Source of the DNA: Macrostomum lignano
Taxonomy: Eukaryota
Length of the DNA: 64,000 bases
Assembly (NCBI GenBank): GCA_002269645.1
Contig: NIVC01000032.1
Span: 992,001-1,056,000 of the forward strand
Direction: 5' to 3'
The first letter of the stretch is position 1, and every line of letters starts with the position of its first letter. Below the pieces are notes generated by a model. It worked only from the letters and a program-made list of their open reading frames with translations. It searched no databases and was not told the DNA's origin. Shown in pieces: positions 1 to 12,410 of this stretch. Position numbers and translations under genes: made by a program.

Positions 1-680
1 CAGTTGAATATTGAAATGGAAAAGAAGACTTTAAAAAAATTCAGAAAAAAATCGCAATGTTTTATAACCAAACAAAGCATGTATTGTATAGTGATGCAAG
101 GTGTGTAAACTAACAAGGATCGATAGAGTCTCAGGTTAGCAGAGCAAGGAAGAATTGTAAAAAACGGGACTACAATACTATAGAATGCTTTTCTAGATAC
201 ATTTGACCAGCCGATGACCAAAGCTGCAAGGTTAAAAACCTGCGGGAGTTCACTAATGGATAGGTATAGCAGGTTTTTCCCGTGAGTTGCAATCTAATCA
301 ACTTCATCAGCATCCGCAAGCGCCATTATAGCCTGATATTGCAATCATTTTTGTCTCCATATATGTAAAAAAAGGTTCAACAAAAGTGGGGATTGAAAAG
401 TGCTCACTTTGTCGTTGCATGCATAGGTAAGGGCGATTTTTGTCCAGTAATTTCTAACCTATGCTCACAAACATTCACTGCAAGCGAGACAAATCAGAAC
501 GCAGTTTTAAAACAAAAATGCAGACTGTTATTTTTTGGCAAGACAAATGAAATTGGAAATGTTTTTACCAAATACGAAACCACTACCGAGTGTTATAGTA
601 GAGATTAAAACAAAGCTACGAAATTTGAAAAATATAATCAACCAATGCAATTGCAGTCAGGGCAAAGATGGATTACTGAC

Positions 681-725
681 TGTGTCTAGCCACATGTTGG
701 TGTAAATTATTTGCAATCTTTCGTC
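681..725 (-). CDS. Nicotinic acetylcholine receptor subunit, exon 3 (DERLQIIYTNMWLDT); gene continues left of the window
   Basis: 45-nt phase 0/0 exon, acceptor ttcttgttcag and donor gtcagt; matches alpha7-type exon 3 (DEKNQVLTTNIWLQM) in size and sequence. Alpha vs non-alpha cannot be decided because loop C is outside the window. Confidence 0.9.
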
Positions 726-914
726 CTGAACAAGAAAAGTGAAAATGTGAGCAGTTATTGCGACATTTTGTTGTTATGAGAATTGTGCAAACACCTGTAA
801 AACACACATAAGCTTGGAAAAAGCTTAGAGCACTCCAGTAATGCCTGTATTTGCTAACAACAAGAACTATCAAGTTTATCAATTAGGCTACCCGAGACAG
901 CAAGCAATCAAGCA

Positions 915-1135
915 AAGCAGTGGTCCAGCGCGGCGCTCTGATGTGCCAGTGGCCCAGGCTCGATTCCAAGTGCAGTTACATTAATTTGTGGCTACATTGG
1001 AATCTCTGCTCGTGCAATTAACGCCCAGCTTGAGGCCCAACCCCCCAAGGCACAGTGAAGTGTACATGCCTAACGATAAATAAAGTTAGGGCCGCTGTAC
1101 ACTCCTGTGTGAGTGTGTGCCTGTGCAAATGACTG
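915..1135 (+). mobile_element. tRNA-derived SINE, family 2 (most complete copy in the window)
   Basis: A-box-like tggtccagcgcgg (921-933), B-box-like ggctcgattcc (957-967), body ccccaaggcacag...gtgtacatgcc...agggccgctgtacac found again at ~41160-41370 and 56517-56590, TG-rich tail. Confidence 0.6.
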
Positions 1136-1516
1136 CGTACGTATCAGCGCGCTTGTGTGCCTGCTCAGGGGAGTCGGCGGAATGGGGGCCTCTCGCCGGT
1201 TGTGCGACAATGGTATATTCTTCTGCAGTCGGGATGCATGATATCGGTATAACACGCGAGCGCCGGTAGGCGCGAGTCGTGTTATTCCAATATCATGCAT
1301 CCCGACTGCAGAAAAGTGCATTGACTAGTGTTTCCAAATAGGCTAGTTGTTTATGATCGAGAAAGACAACGCAGTCTCAGTAGAATCTGTCTAGTTCAAT
1401 TTTGTTATGTCATTTATCTCTCTCCCTCGCTGCCTTCTGATTGGCTCTCAGTTCTCGCCTCTTTCCTCGGTTGCGGACTCCACCCCACCCCCTGTCTTAT
1501 CTTACACCCCCTCCAG

Positions 1517-1712
1517 TATATTTGAATAAATATACCCGTTTAGGCCCTGCGCTTCGCTATCGTTTTTTTCCGAAGCCTCTCCAAGGCCAATCTTTAAAAC
1601 CGTACCGTTTCTCCGAGAAGACCGCTCGAGGATATCGATTCCTTCAAGAATTTATGAAGAAACTTAGTGCGAGGGCCGGTCTAAGCAAGGTCTACACTAA
1701 TCACTGTATTAG
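1517..1712 (+). pseudogene. Tyrosine recombinase (Crypton/DUF3504-type) C-terminal domain, penultimate exon (...FMKKLSARAGLSKVYTNHCIR)
   Basis: Acceptor ccccctccag (1516), donor AG|gtaagt (1713); AGLSKVYTNHCIR is the H-x-x-R box typical of Crypton-type YRs; no upstream coding exons found. Confidence 0.8.
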
Positions 1713-1825
1713 GTAAGTAAATTTCGTTTTCCGATATGGTATATAAATAGTATATAAATAGTATATTTATAAATAATAGTTTTAACTAGTTCATGTAAAA
1801 TTACTTTCCTTTGATTCTCCCACAG

Positions 1826-2230
1826 AGTCACTAGAGTGTGCGATCTAGACGCCGCTGGCCATTCGCTGCAAGACATAATGCTTATTACCGGTCAGAAATG
1901 TGAGAAGACGGTCAAAAGGTATTTAACCAGGTGCCGGGACCGCAGTCTGTTCAGGAGTTCCAAGGCAGTGAACTGTGCACTAAGCCGGCATATTCCAAGC
2001 ACAAGCACAATGCCGTCCAATGAGGCGTCTTTCTCTGCTAATGCGAGCGGCTCTATCAGTTCTACTGTCTGCACGCAAGTGATGACGGATCACCAGTTGC
2101 AATGCCACCCCACAATCAATTGACGAGCCGGTTCCTCGGCCAGTTCATATCGAGGCCTGTACGTCCGACCAAGAATATGCGTGTTTGCATTGAGGGCAAC
2201 AACAATTTTATTAACACTGTGTTTGAGTAG
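1826..2230 (+). pseudogene. Tyrosine recombinase last exon (VTRVCDLDAAGHSLQDIMLITGQKCEKTVKRY...), stop at 2123; possible frameshifted tail ...GNNNFINTVFE to 2230
   Basis: Acceptor ctcccacag (1825); AG+A restores the Arg of HxxR; IMLITGQK...KRY aligns with the YR IM..TGH...Y box with the catalytic Tyr present. Confidence 0.75.
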
Positions 2231-3205
2231 GGCGTATCTATCAAAAATACTAATTCTTCGAGAGAAACTATGGCTTTAGACATTTCCCCCTCATTTTCAT
2301 GCTATAAGTAGTTGTTGTTTATAATTTACAATTATAAACCGTATAAATAAAAAATTAATCATCTAATAATTAATATTTGGGTCATCTAAAAACTCGTTAA
2401 ACTAATGTTTTTTTCTATGGACAATAGCACGCATCCCGCGTGCGTGTTAATGGGTAGCGAAATGCTTGTCAATGTCGCTTAAAGTGCACCAGGGTGCACA
2501 CACAGCCTTCTGCCTCTCATAAAAAGGTCTCTTCAGTGCATTTTTTTCTCGACCATATTTTTGCGAACTCTGTTTTGGAAACAAAACTGTATTATGACTG
2601 TTGCTTCATTTGGAAATCGGCAGTTTAGAAAGTCAGATACTGGGACGAATTGAATTCTTTTAAACACTGAACACTGAATTTTGAAGTGAGAACAGCAGCC
2701 TTGGGCGAAATTTGCACGACTTGCGAGTGCACCGGTCCTCCTGCTCCTGGTGCCTTCTCTCGCTCACAAGCAGCATAGCAGCGGTGTTCATCTCTAAAAC
2801 CTTCAACTTCTTCTTTCATTTTCTGCACCACGGCTGCTGCTGCTGCGAGTGAAATCAAGCGATAAGCCTGTGCAGATGGGTGGAATTGGGAAAGAGGGAA
2901 GGGGAGAGGGTGAAAGTAAGAAAACTCATATTGTGGCGAGCTGGTCAGCTTAAACTCAATCGCAATCGCAATATTTTGCCTGGCGCAGGTCTCTAGGTGG
3001 CCTCTATATATGCAAAAATAGAGTAAAGTCTGCAGCTATGCTGGTAACAGTTGCGTACTGTTAAACTGCAGAGAGGCAGATTAAGGAAACTACTTATTAA
3101 AGCAGCTGGAAAATTGATATTGTTTCTTAGTTTTAGATAAGATTTACTGTAGGACATTGTGGCAATATATTTAATTATTTACCCAATTATTAGAAACTTG
3201 TTTAA

Positions 3206-4040
3206 CTGATAAGAGTTGACTGACTGATAAGAGTGACTCACTGATAAGAGTGACTCACTGATAAGAGTTACTGACTGATAAGAGTGACTCACTGATAAGA
3301 GTGACTAACTGATAAGAGTGACTAACTGATAAGAGTGACTCACTGATAAGAGTGACTCACTGATAAGAGTGACTCACTGATAAGAGTGACTAACTGATAA
3401 GAGTGACTAACTGATAAGAGTGACTCACTGATAAGAGTGACTCACTGATAAGAGTGACTCACTGATAAGAGGCACACACTCTTAGCACTCACTGATAAGA
3501 GTGACTCACTGATAAGAGTGACTCACTGATAAGAGTGACTCACTGATAAGAGTGACTCACTGATAAGAGTGACTCACTGATAAGAGTGACTCACTGATAA
3601 GAGTGACTCACTGATAAGAGTGACTCACGGATAAGAGTGACTCACTGATAAGAGTGACTCACGGATAAGAGTGACTAACTGATAAGAGTGACTAACTGAT
3701 AAGAGTGACTCACTGATAAGAGTGACTCACTGATAAGAGTGACTCACTGATAAGAGGCACACACTCTTAGCACTCACTGATAAGAGTGACTCACTGATAA
3801 GAGTGACTCACTGATAAGAGTGACTCACTGATAAGAGTGACTCACTGATAAGAGTGACTCACTGATAAGAGTGACTCACTGATAAGAGTGACTCACGGAT
3901 AAGAGTGACTCACTGATAAGAGTGACTCACGGATAAGAGTGACTAACTGATAAGAGTGACTAACTGATAAGAGTGACTCACTGATAAGAGTGACTCACTG
4001 ATAAGAGTGACTCACTGATAAGAGTGACTGACTGATAAGA
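3206..4040. repeat. 17-bp minisatellite (ctgataagagtgactca)n in nAChR intron 2
   Basis: About 47 units; periodic interruption ggcacacactcttagcactca; unit contains the near-palindrome gagt-g-actc. Confidence 0.97.
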
Positions 4041-4124
4041 GGCACACACTCTTAACAGCTTTGGTTCAGCCATACTAAACAATATTTAATGTCAGTGCAA
4101 ATGAAACACTAAGCCACTTCTTAC

Positions 4125-4273
4125 CACGTCGATAATCTGCTGCAGGGACACCTTAAACCAAACGTACAGCACGTCGGTCTCATTCTCAACCGGCCTCTCC
4201 ATCGGGTTGTGACGTTTTTCGCCCTCGCCTTCGAAGAGCCGCTGCAGCAGTCGCTTCTCATGACGGCCAGCAT
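4125..4273 (-). CDS. Nicotinic acetylcholine receptor subunit, exon 2 ((D)AGRHEKRLLQRLFEGEGEKRHNPMERPVENETDVLYVWFKVSLQQIIDV)
   Basis: 149-nt exon, acceptor aatgcag, donor gtaag; HEKRLL...ERPV.NE...LQQIIDV is the alpha7-group N-terminal signature; phase 1 in, phase 0 out, fitting both neighbours. Confidence 0.93.
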
Positions 4274-5452
4274 CTGCATTCGTTTTCAGGAGTCAGTGCG
4301 TTGGAATCAATGACTACTCAAGTAAAAGTATGGAAAACTACGTTTCGTGGGAACTTTTTGAGGCAGGTTTTACCGAACAAATACACCACGGAGATAGAAG
4401 GTTTCGAATTTCTTCAGCACAAAAAATTGTTAATTGCTTTTGATAGGAGGCAGATCCAGTGTTCCTCTTTTGATATGTTGTGCCTGTCTGAAAGCCCTTT
4501 TGATATTCATAAAGCTTTTTGTTTAGAAAATTAGGATTCTGTGTTAATTGTATATCCAAATTACAATTGTCTAAATAATAAAAATTATTTCGTAGGAGAT
4601 GAAATTATCATCATCATTCACAATATACTAAATCTCTAAGATCTGTCTGTCTGTCTGACCGGTATTCCAGTCTACAGCCTGAATGCCTGAACCGATTTTT
4701 TTCAAACTTGCTTCATTCAATTGCAAATTCTTGTGAGATTGTGTGGGTGTAATTGCATTTAAAAAAATCGAATGGGAAGATGGTTAAATATTCGAAAAAC
4801 GAGTTTTCCCTATGCTTTCAATGGGAGGCTAGAAAAGGTCAAAATATCACCGACTGAATTTCAATTCCAATTAAGATTGCGCCACAACTTTTCTCTGTTC
4901 ACTGTGTACGCCTCAATACTGGCTGCAATACAATAAGGGAGAGGAAAATAATGCTCAGTGGCTGCGTGTGTACATTCTAACCCTGGCTGACTGGCGGACT
5001 GCATAGACAATTGCTATTTATAGATTTCACTCAATTGTGCATTGGCTCTGCCTGCACATAACTGCTTAATGAACTGAGCAGCCTATCACTGCTATGTATT
5101 TGACTGCAGTGCCGAAGAATATATGGCTGATTTTTGCGCCCTCCGATCAGTAGGCGGAATAGCCGCAGTGTAGGCACTAGGACTAGGTTTAGGCTAGGCA
5201 TAAGGTCCAAGGTTCGAGTCCGCCTCCCCAGCGGATAATTAAAATTAAATAAATTCATTCATTAGTAGCTTCTGCCTCGACTATTTTGAACATTTTTGAT
5301 TAATTTATTTTTGCTACTCGCACAAGCCACTAAGCAAATTTGATTTGATTTGTAAAATCCTAAGATCCCATTAATTGTTATTATCTAGGTCTATAGAAGT
5401 AGATTTTTAGTATATAGGACTAAACTGCAGGGGATTAAATTACTAAACTGCA

Positions 5453-5850
5453 GACGATGCTGCTAAACTGCTGAGGTATTGCTAAATGCTGAGTGGTGCA
5501 AAAGATTGCCGATATGTATCGAAAATCGATTAGTGAGCCATAAAATGCTGAGCTTATTTCAACATTGTTGAAAGCATCATTGCAGTAGACGATGCTGCTA
5601 AACTGCTGAGGTATTGCTAAATGCTGAGTGGTGCAAAAGATTGCCGATATGTATCGAAAATAGATTAGTGAGCCATAAAATGCTGAGCTTATTTCAACAT
5701 TGTTGAAAGCATCATTGCAGTAGACGATGCTGCTAAACTGCTGAGGTATTGCTAAATGCTGAGTTGCGCAAGACTGCCAATATGTATCGAAAATTGATTA
5801 GTGCGCCGTCGTAAATGCTGAGAAAATTTTTAAATCATTGAAAAGATCAT
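5453..5850. repeat. 135-bp tandem repeat, ~3 copies
   Basis: gacgatgctgct starts at 5453, 5588 and 5723; third copy diverged. Confidence 0.92.
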
Positions 5851-6544
5851 TGCAGTTTGCTGAGAATACTAAGGGGCCAGCTGAGAGAACTGCAGACTGC
5901 TGCAAAGGGATAAATGAGAATTATTAAGGAAACACTTGCTGACTGCAAATGAATTGACTGCAGACTACTGAGGGGAACTGCAGATTGTTGAAGGGATCAT
6001 TGCAGACTGCAAAGGGGACAAACTGCAAACTGCTGACGTTAGTTAGTTTCTCGAGACTTATGAGCGTATAAGCTGCAAACTGCCGAGGGGATAGCTGCAG
6101 ACTGCTAGGATAATAATGGCAGACTTCTGAGGAGGATATCTAACTGTGAATAATTGTAGCTTGCAGAAGGGACAATTCTGGGTCCCTGAGGGATAAATGA
6201 ATAATAATAATAAAAGTTGTAGAGTGCAAATGAGTTGTATGACTGCATGTCTGTTTTGCGGAATTAGAAGGGATAATTTCAGGTTGTTGTGGGGATAACT
6301 GCCAATTTCTGGGGAGGGTTTAACTTTAAACTTCTGAGGCGATAATAGTAGTCGCCTTTTAGCAGTTTGGGAGTGGTGCTAATCTGGGGAGCGGTGCTAA
6401 TCTAAGGGAGTGGGGCTAATATAAAGGAGTGGGGGGGCTAATCTGGAGGAAGTAGCGGTGCGAATTTTTGCGGAGTGGTGCTAATCTGGGAAGGTGAAAC
6501 TATCTGGGAAGCGGCGGTAATCTGTGGAGCGGTGCTAATCTAGG

Positions 6545-6969
6545 CTGAGTGCTAATCTGGGCTGAGTACTAATCTAGACTGAGTGCTAATCTGGGCTGAG
6601 TGCTAATCTGGGCTGAGTGCTAATCTGGGCTGAGTGCTAATCTGGGCTGAGTGCTAATCTGGGCTGAGTACTAATCTAGACTGAGTGCTAATCTGGGCTG
6701 AGTGCTAATCTGGGCTGAGTGCTAATCTGGGCTGAGTGCTAATCTGGGCTGAGTGCTAATCTGGGCTGAGTGCTAATCTGGGCTGAGTGCTAATCTGGGC
6801 TGAGTACTAATCTAGACTGAGTGCTAATCTGGGCTGAGTGCTAATCTGGGCTGAGTGCTAATCTGGGCTGAGTGCTAATCTGGGCTGAGTGCTAATCTGG
6901 GCTGAGTGCTAATCTGGGCTGAGTGCTAATCTGGGCTGAGTGCTAATCTGGGCTGAGTGCTAATCTGGG
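6545..6969. repeat. 17-bp minisatellite (ctgagtgctaatctggg)n
   Basis: About 25 near-perfect units, with degenerate related units from ~6370 and out to ~7020. Confidence 0.96.
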
Positions 6970-7879
6970 GGAAGTGGGGCTAATCTGGGGGTGTAGGGCT
7001 AATGTGGGAGAATAGTGGTAATCTGATGAGGATTTGAAAATAACGAATAATCATAAAAGAACTAAAAAAGTTTCAAACATTAAGAAATGTAACTTTTTAG
7101 TCTCAGTAAAATTGGTGTACAACTGCTTAGATTTGCTAATGCAGAACTGCGCGGAGATTAGTGAGATATGCTCAGCGACTGTGCAAAACTGCTTATAGAC
7201 AAGCGCTAAACTGCTAAGAAGCCACCCGGAGGGGGGCTAAATGGCTAGTCCTATATCCTAAAAATGAGTTGTCTGTATGTATGTATGTATGTATGTATAT
7301 GGGTATGCGATTGATTTCAGAAAAAACGGCTCAACCGATTTTCTTCAAACTTGCACCATTCGATCAGAAATTTTTCTGGGACGGTACATGCATCTTAGCT
7401 AAGAAATTGCTCAATGTGAAAGGGATTAAATATTCGAAAAACATGCTTTCTTGCAAAGGTCAAGCAAAATTTCGACTTGAAATGCATTGTAAGAATGCTA
7501 GAGAAAAAACTGACTGACTGAATTCCGATTGTGATAAAGATTGCATCACAACCAGTTGAAAACAGTGCCGAAAAAATGCAAACACGACTTGATTTAAATT
7601 GCGTAACCAATATTACTAACTCAAATTGAGACTGATACTGGCTGACTGAGAAATTGATTATGTCATAACTTTTTACTTCAATTGACTTGCAGTAAGAATT
7701 GAATTATAAGGGCCACAATTCATGTTCTCCAATTGAAAAGAGATAGCCAAGATGCGAACAGAATGGAATGCTAATGTAGCGACCTGGGTTCGAATCTTAG
7801 TAGTGCAAAAGGATTTTTTTATCAAAACACCTTAAAAACACAACAAAACTGCTAAACATAATACCTGGTAGAAGCGCAA

Positions 7880-10800
7880 TGTCAAACATAGAAGAGTCAC
7901 CATGTCAAACAAAGAAGAGCCACCATGTCAAACATAAAAGAGCCACCATGTCAGACATTAAAAAGCCACCGTATCAAACATAAAAGAGTTACCATGTAGA
8001 ACATTAAAGAGCCACCATTTCAAACAGTAAAGAGCCACCATGTCAAACATAAAAGAGCCACCATTTCAAACATTAAAAAGCCACCATGTCGAACATAAAA
8101 GAGCCACCATGTAGAATATTAAAGAGCCACCATGAAGAACATTAAAGAGCCACCATGAAGAACATTAAAGAGCCACCATGTCAAACATTTAAGAGCCACC
8201 ATGAAGAACATTAAAGAGCCACCATGTCAAACATTTAAGAGCCACCATGTCAAACATATATGTGACTTTATGTCAAACTTTAAAGAGCCACTATTTCGAA
8301 CATTAAATAACCACTTTGTCAAACATTAGAGAGCCGCCGTGTAAAACATAAAAGAGCCACCAGGTTAAACATTAAAGAGCCACCATGTCAAACAATAAAG
8401 AGCCACCATGTCAAACATATATGTGACTTTATGTCAAACTTTAAAGAGCCACTATTTCGAACATTAAATAGCCACTTTGTCAAACATTAGAGAGCCGCCG
8501 TGTCAAACAAAAAAGAGCCACCAGGTTAAACATTAAAGAGCCACCATGTCAAACAATAAAGAGCCACCATGTCAAACATAGAAGAGCCACCATGTAAAAC
8601 ATAAAAGAGCCACCATGTCAGACATTAAAAACCACCGTGTCAAACATAAAAGAGCCACCAGGTTAAACATTAAAGAGCCACCATGTCAAACAATAAAGAG
8701 CCACCATGTTGAACATAAAAGAGCTACCATGTCAAACATGTAAGAGCTACCGCGTCAAACATTTAAGAGCTACTATGTCAAACATTAAAGAGCCACTATG
8801 TCAAAACATAAAAGTGTCATCATGTCAAACCTAAAAGAGCCACCATGTCAAACATTAAAGAGCCACCATGTCAAACATTAAAGAGCCACCATGTCAAACT
8901 TAAAAGAGCCATTATGTCAAACATTTAAGAGCCACCATGTCAAACATTTAAGAGCCACCAAGTCAAACATTTAAGAGCCACCATGTCAAACATTTAAGAG
9001 CCACCATGTCAAACATATATGTGACTTTATGTCAAACTTTAAAGAGCCACTATTTCGAACATTAAATAGCCACTTTGTCAAACATTAGAGAGCCGCCGTG
9101 TCAAAGATAAAAAGAGCCACCAGGTTAAACATAGAAGAGCCACCATGTCAAACATAAAAGAGCCACCATGTCAGACATTAAAAAGCCACCGTATCAAACA
9201 TAAAAGAGTTACCATGTAGAACATTAAAAAGCCACCGTATCAAACATAAAAGAGTTACCATGTAGAACATTAAAGAGCCACCATTTCAAACAGTAAAGAG
9301 CCGCCATGTCAAACATTTAAGAGCCACCATGTCAAACATTTAGGAGCCACCATCTCAAACATATATGTGACTTTATGTCAAACTTTAAAGAGCCACCATT
9401 TCGAACATTAAATAGCCACTTTGTCAAACATTAGAGAGCCGCCGTGTCAAACAATAAAGAGCCACCATGTCAAACATAGAAGAGCCACCTTGTCAGACAT
9501 TAAAAGCCACCGTGTCAAACATAAAAGAGCCACCAGGTTAAACATGAAAGAGCCACCATTTCAAACAGTAAAGAGCCACCATGTCAAACATAAAAGAGCC
9601 ACCATTTCAAACATTAAAAAGCCACCATGTCGAACATAAAAGAGCCACCATGTAGAATATTAAAGAGCCACCATGAAGAACATTAAAGAGCCACCATGAA
9701 GAACATTAAAGAGCCACCATGTCAAACATTTAAGAGCCACCATGAAGAACATTAAAGAGCCACCATGTCAAACATTTAAGAGCCACCATGTCAAACATAT
9801 ATGTGACTTTATGTCAAACTTTAAAGAGCCACTATTTCGAACATTAAATAACCACTTTGTCAAACATTAGAGAGCCGCCGTGTAAAACATAAAAGAGCCA
9901 CCAGGTTAAACATTAAAGAGCCACCATGTCAAACAATAAAGAGCCACCATGTCAAACATATATGTGACTTTATGTCAAACTTTAAAGAGCCACTATTTCG
10001 AACATTAAATAGCCACTTTGTCAAACATTAGAGAGCCGCCGTGTCAAACAAAAAAGAGCCACCAGGTTAAACATTAAAGAGCCACCATGTCAAACAATAA
10101 AAAGCCACCATGTCAAACATAGAAGAGCCACCATGTAAAACATAAAAGAGCCACCATGTCAGACATTAAAAACCACCGTGTCAAACATAAAAGAGCCACC
10201 AGGTTAAACATTAAAGAGCCACCATGTCAAACAATAAAGAGCCACCATGTTGAACATAAAAGAGCTACCATGTCAAACATGTAAGAGCTACCGCGTCAAA
10301 CATTTAAGAGCTACTATGTCAAACATTAAAGAGCCACTATGTCAAAACATAAAAGTGTCATCATGTCAAACCTAAAAGAGCCACCATGTCAAACATTAAA
10401 GAGCCACCATGTCAAACATTAAAGAGCCACCATGTCAAACTTAAAAGAGCCATTATGTCAAACATTTAAGAGCCACCATGTCAAACATTTAAGAGCCACC
10501 AAGTCAAACATTTAAGAGCCACCATGTCAAACATTTAAGAGCCACCATGTCAAACATATATGTGACTTTATGTCAAACTTTAAAGAGCCACTATTTCGAA
10601 CATTAAATAGCCACTTTGTCAAACATTAGAGAGCCGCCGTGTCAAAGATAAAAAGAGCCACCAGGTTAAACATAGAAGAGCCACCATGTCAAACATAAAA
10701 GAGCCACCATGTCAGACATTAAAAAGCCACCGTATCAAACATAAAAGAGTTACCATGTAGAACATTAAAAAGCCACCGTATCAAACATAAAAGAGTTACC

Positions 10801-12210
10801 ATGTAGAACATTAAAGAGCCACCATTTCAAACAGTAAAGAGCCGCCATGTCAAACATTTAAGAGCCACCATGTCAAACATTTAGGAGCCACCATCTCAAA
10901 CATATATGTGACTTTATGTCAAACTTTAAAGAGCCACCATTTCGAACATTAAATAGCCACTTTGTCAAACATTAGAGAGCCGCCGTGTCAAACAATAAAG
11001 AGCCACCATGTCAAACATAGAAGAGCCACCTTGTCAGACATTAAAAGCCACCGTGTCAAACATAAAAGAGCCACCAGGTTAAACATGAAAGAGCCACCAT
11101 GTCAAACAATAAAGAGCCACCATGTCAAACATAAAAGAGCTACCATGTCAAACATTTAAGAGCTACCATGTCAAACATTTAAGAGCTACCATGTCAAACA
11201 TTAAAGAGCCACTTTGTCTAACATTAAAGAGCCACCATGACAAACATTAAAGAGCCACCATGTCAAACATAAGAGAGCCACCATGTCAAACATTAAAGAG
11301 CCACCATGTCAAACATAAAAGAGCCACCATTTCAAACATAAAAGAGCCATTATGTCAAACATTTAAGAGCCACCATGTCAAACATTTAAGAGCCACCAAG
11401 TCAAACATTTAAGAGCCACCATGTCAAACATTTAAGAGCCACCATGTCAAACATAAAAGAGCCATCATATCAAACATTAAAGAGCCACTTTGTCTAACAT
11501 GAAAGAGCCACCATGTCAAACATTAAAGAGCCACCATGTCAAACATAAAAGAGCCATCATATCAAACATTAAAGAGCCACTTTGTCTAACATTAAAGAGC
11601 CACCATGTCAAACATTAAAGAGCCACCATGTCAAACATAAAAGAGCCACCATGTCAAACAATAAAAAGCCACTTTGTCTAACATTAAAGAGCCACCATGT
11701 CAAACATAGAAGAGCCACCATGTCAAACAATAAAAAGCCACTTTGTCTAACATTAAAGAGCCACCGTATCAAACATAAAAGAGCCACCATGTCAACATAA
11801 AAGAGCCACCATGTCAACATAAAAGAGCCACCATGTCAAACATAAAAGAGCCATCATATCAAACATTAAAGAGCCACTTTGTCTAACATTAAAGAGCCAC
11901 CATGTCAAACATTAAAGAGCCACCATGTCAAACATAAAAGAGCCACCATGTCAAACAATAAAAAGCCACTTTGTCTAACATTAAAGAGCCACCATGTCAA
12001 ACATAGAAGAGCCACCATGTCAAACAATAAAAAGCCACTTTGTCTAACATTAAAGAGCCACCGTATCAAACATAAAAGAGCCACCATGTCAACATAAAAG
12101 AGCCACCATGTCAACATAAAAGAGCCACCATGTCAACATAAAAGAGCCACCATGTCAACATAAAAGAGCCACCATGTCAAACAATAAAGAGCCACCATGT
12201 CAAACATAAA
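7880..12210. repeat. 23-bp satellite (aaagagccaccatgtcaaacatt)n with internal 1541-bp and 297-bp block duplications
   Basis: Continuous array; variant landmarks recur exactly 1541 bp apart (8256/9797, 9421/10962) and 297 bp apart (11582/11879). Confidence 0.97.
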
Positions 12211-12302
12211 AGATAAACAATTTCAAACGTAAAAGTAAGCGAATTTTAAAGGAGCCACTATAATGCTAAGGAAATGGTCGCACTAGCTACTTATTGTCTG
12301 GT

Positions 12303-12410
12303 GGATGCTTGCTATTTGGGGATGCTATCTATCTGGGGGATGCTTGCTCTCTGGAAGATGCTTGCTATCTGGGGGATGCTTGCTATCTGGGGGATGCTTG
12401 CTGTCTTGGG
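12303..12410. repeat. 18-bp minisatellite (ctgggggatgcttgctat)n, ~6 copies
   Basis: Directly visible. Confidence 0.85.

Larger units (their letters stand above)
1221..2445 (+). mobile_element. Crypton-like (tyrosine recombinase) DNA transposon remnant, antisense within nAChR intron 2
   Basis: Left hairpin with perfect 24-bp arms (1221-1244/1290-1313), two spliced YR exons, aataaa near 2345, small right hairpin gcacgc-atccc-gcgtgc (2427-2443). Boundaries inferred. Confidence 0.65.
4618..7248 (+). mobile_element. Non-autonomous Helitron-like element A
   Basis: 5' block (aatatactaaa, (ctgt)n, aaccgatttttttcaaacttgc) paralogous to 7249-7560; 3' GC hairpin gccaccc-gga-ggggggc (7221-7237) followed by CTAG (7245-7248). 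5' end approximate. Confidence 0.6.

Noticed and set aside
1-680. nAChR exon 4
   Set aside because: No W.D..L.W-type exon found on the minus strand; it must lie left of the window.
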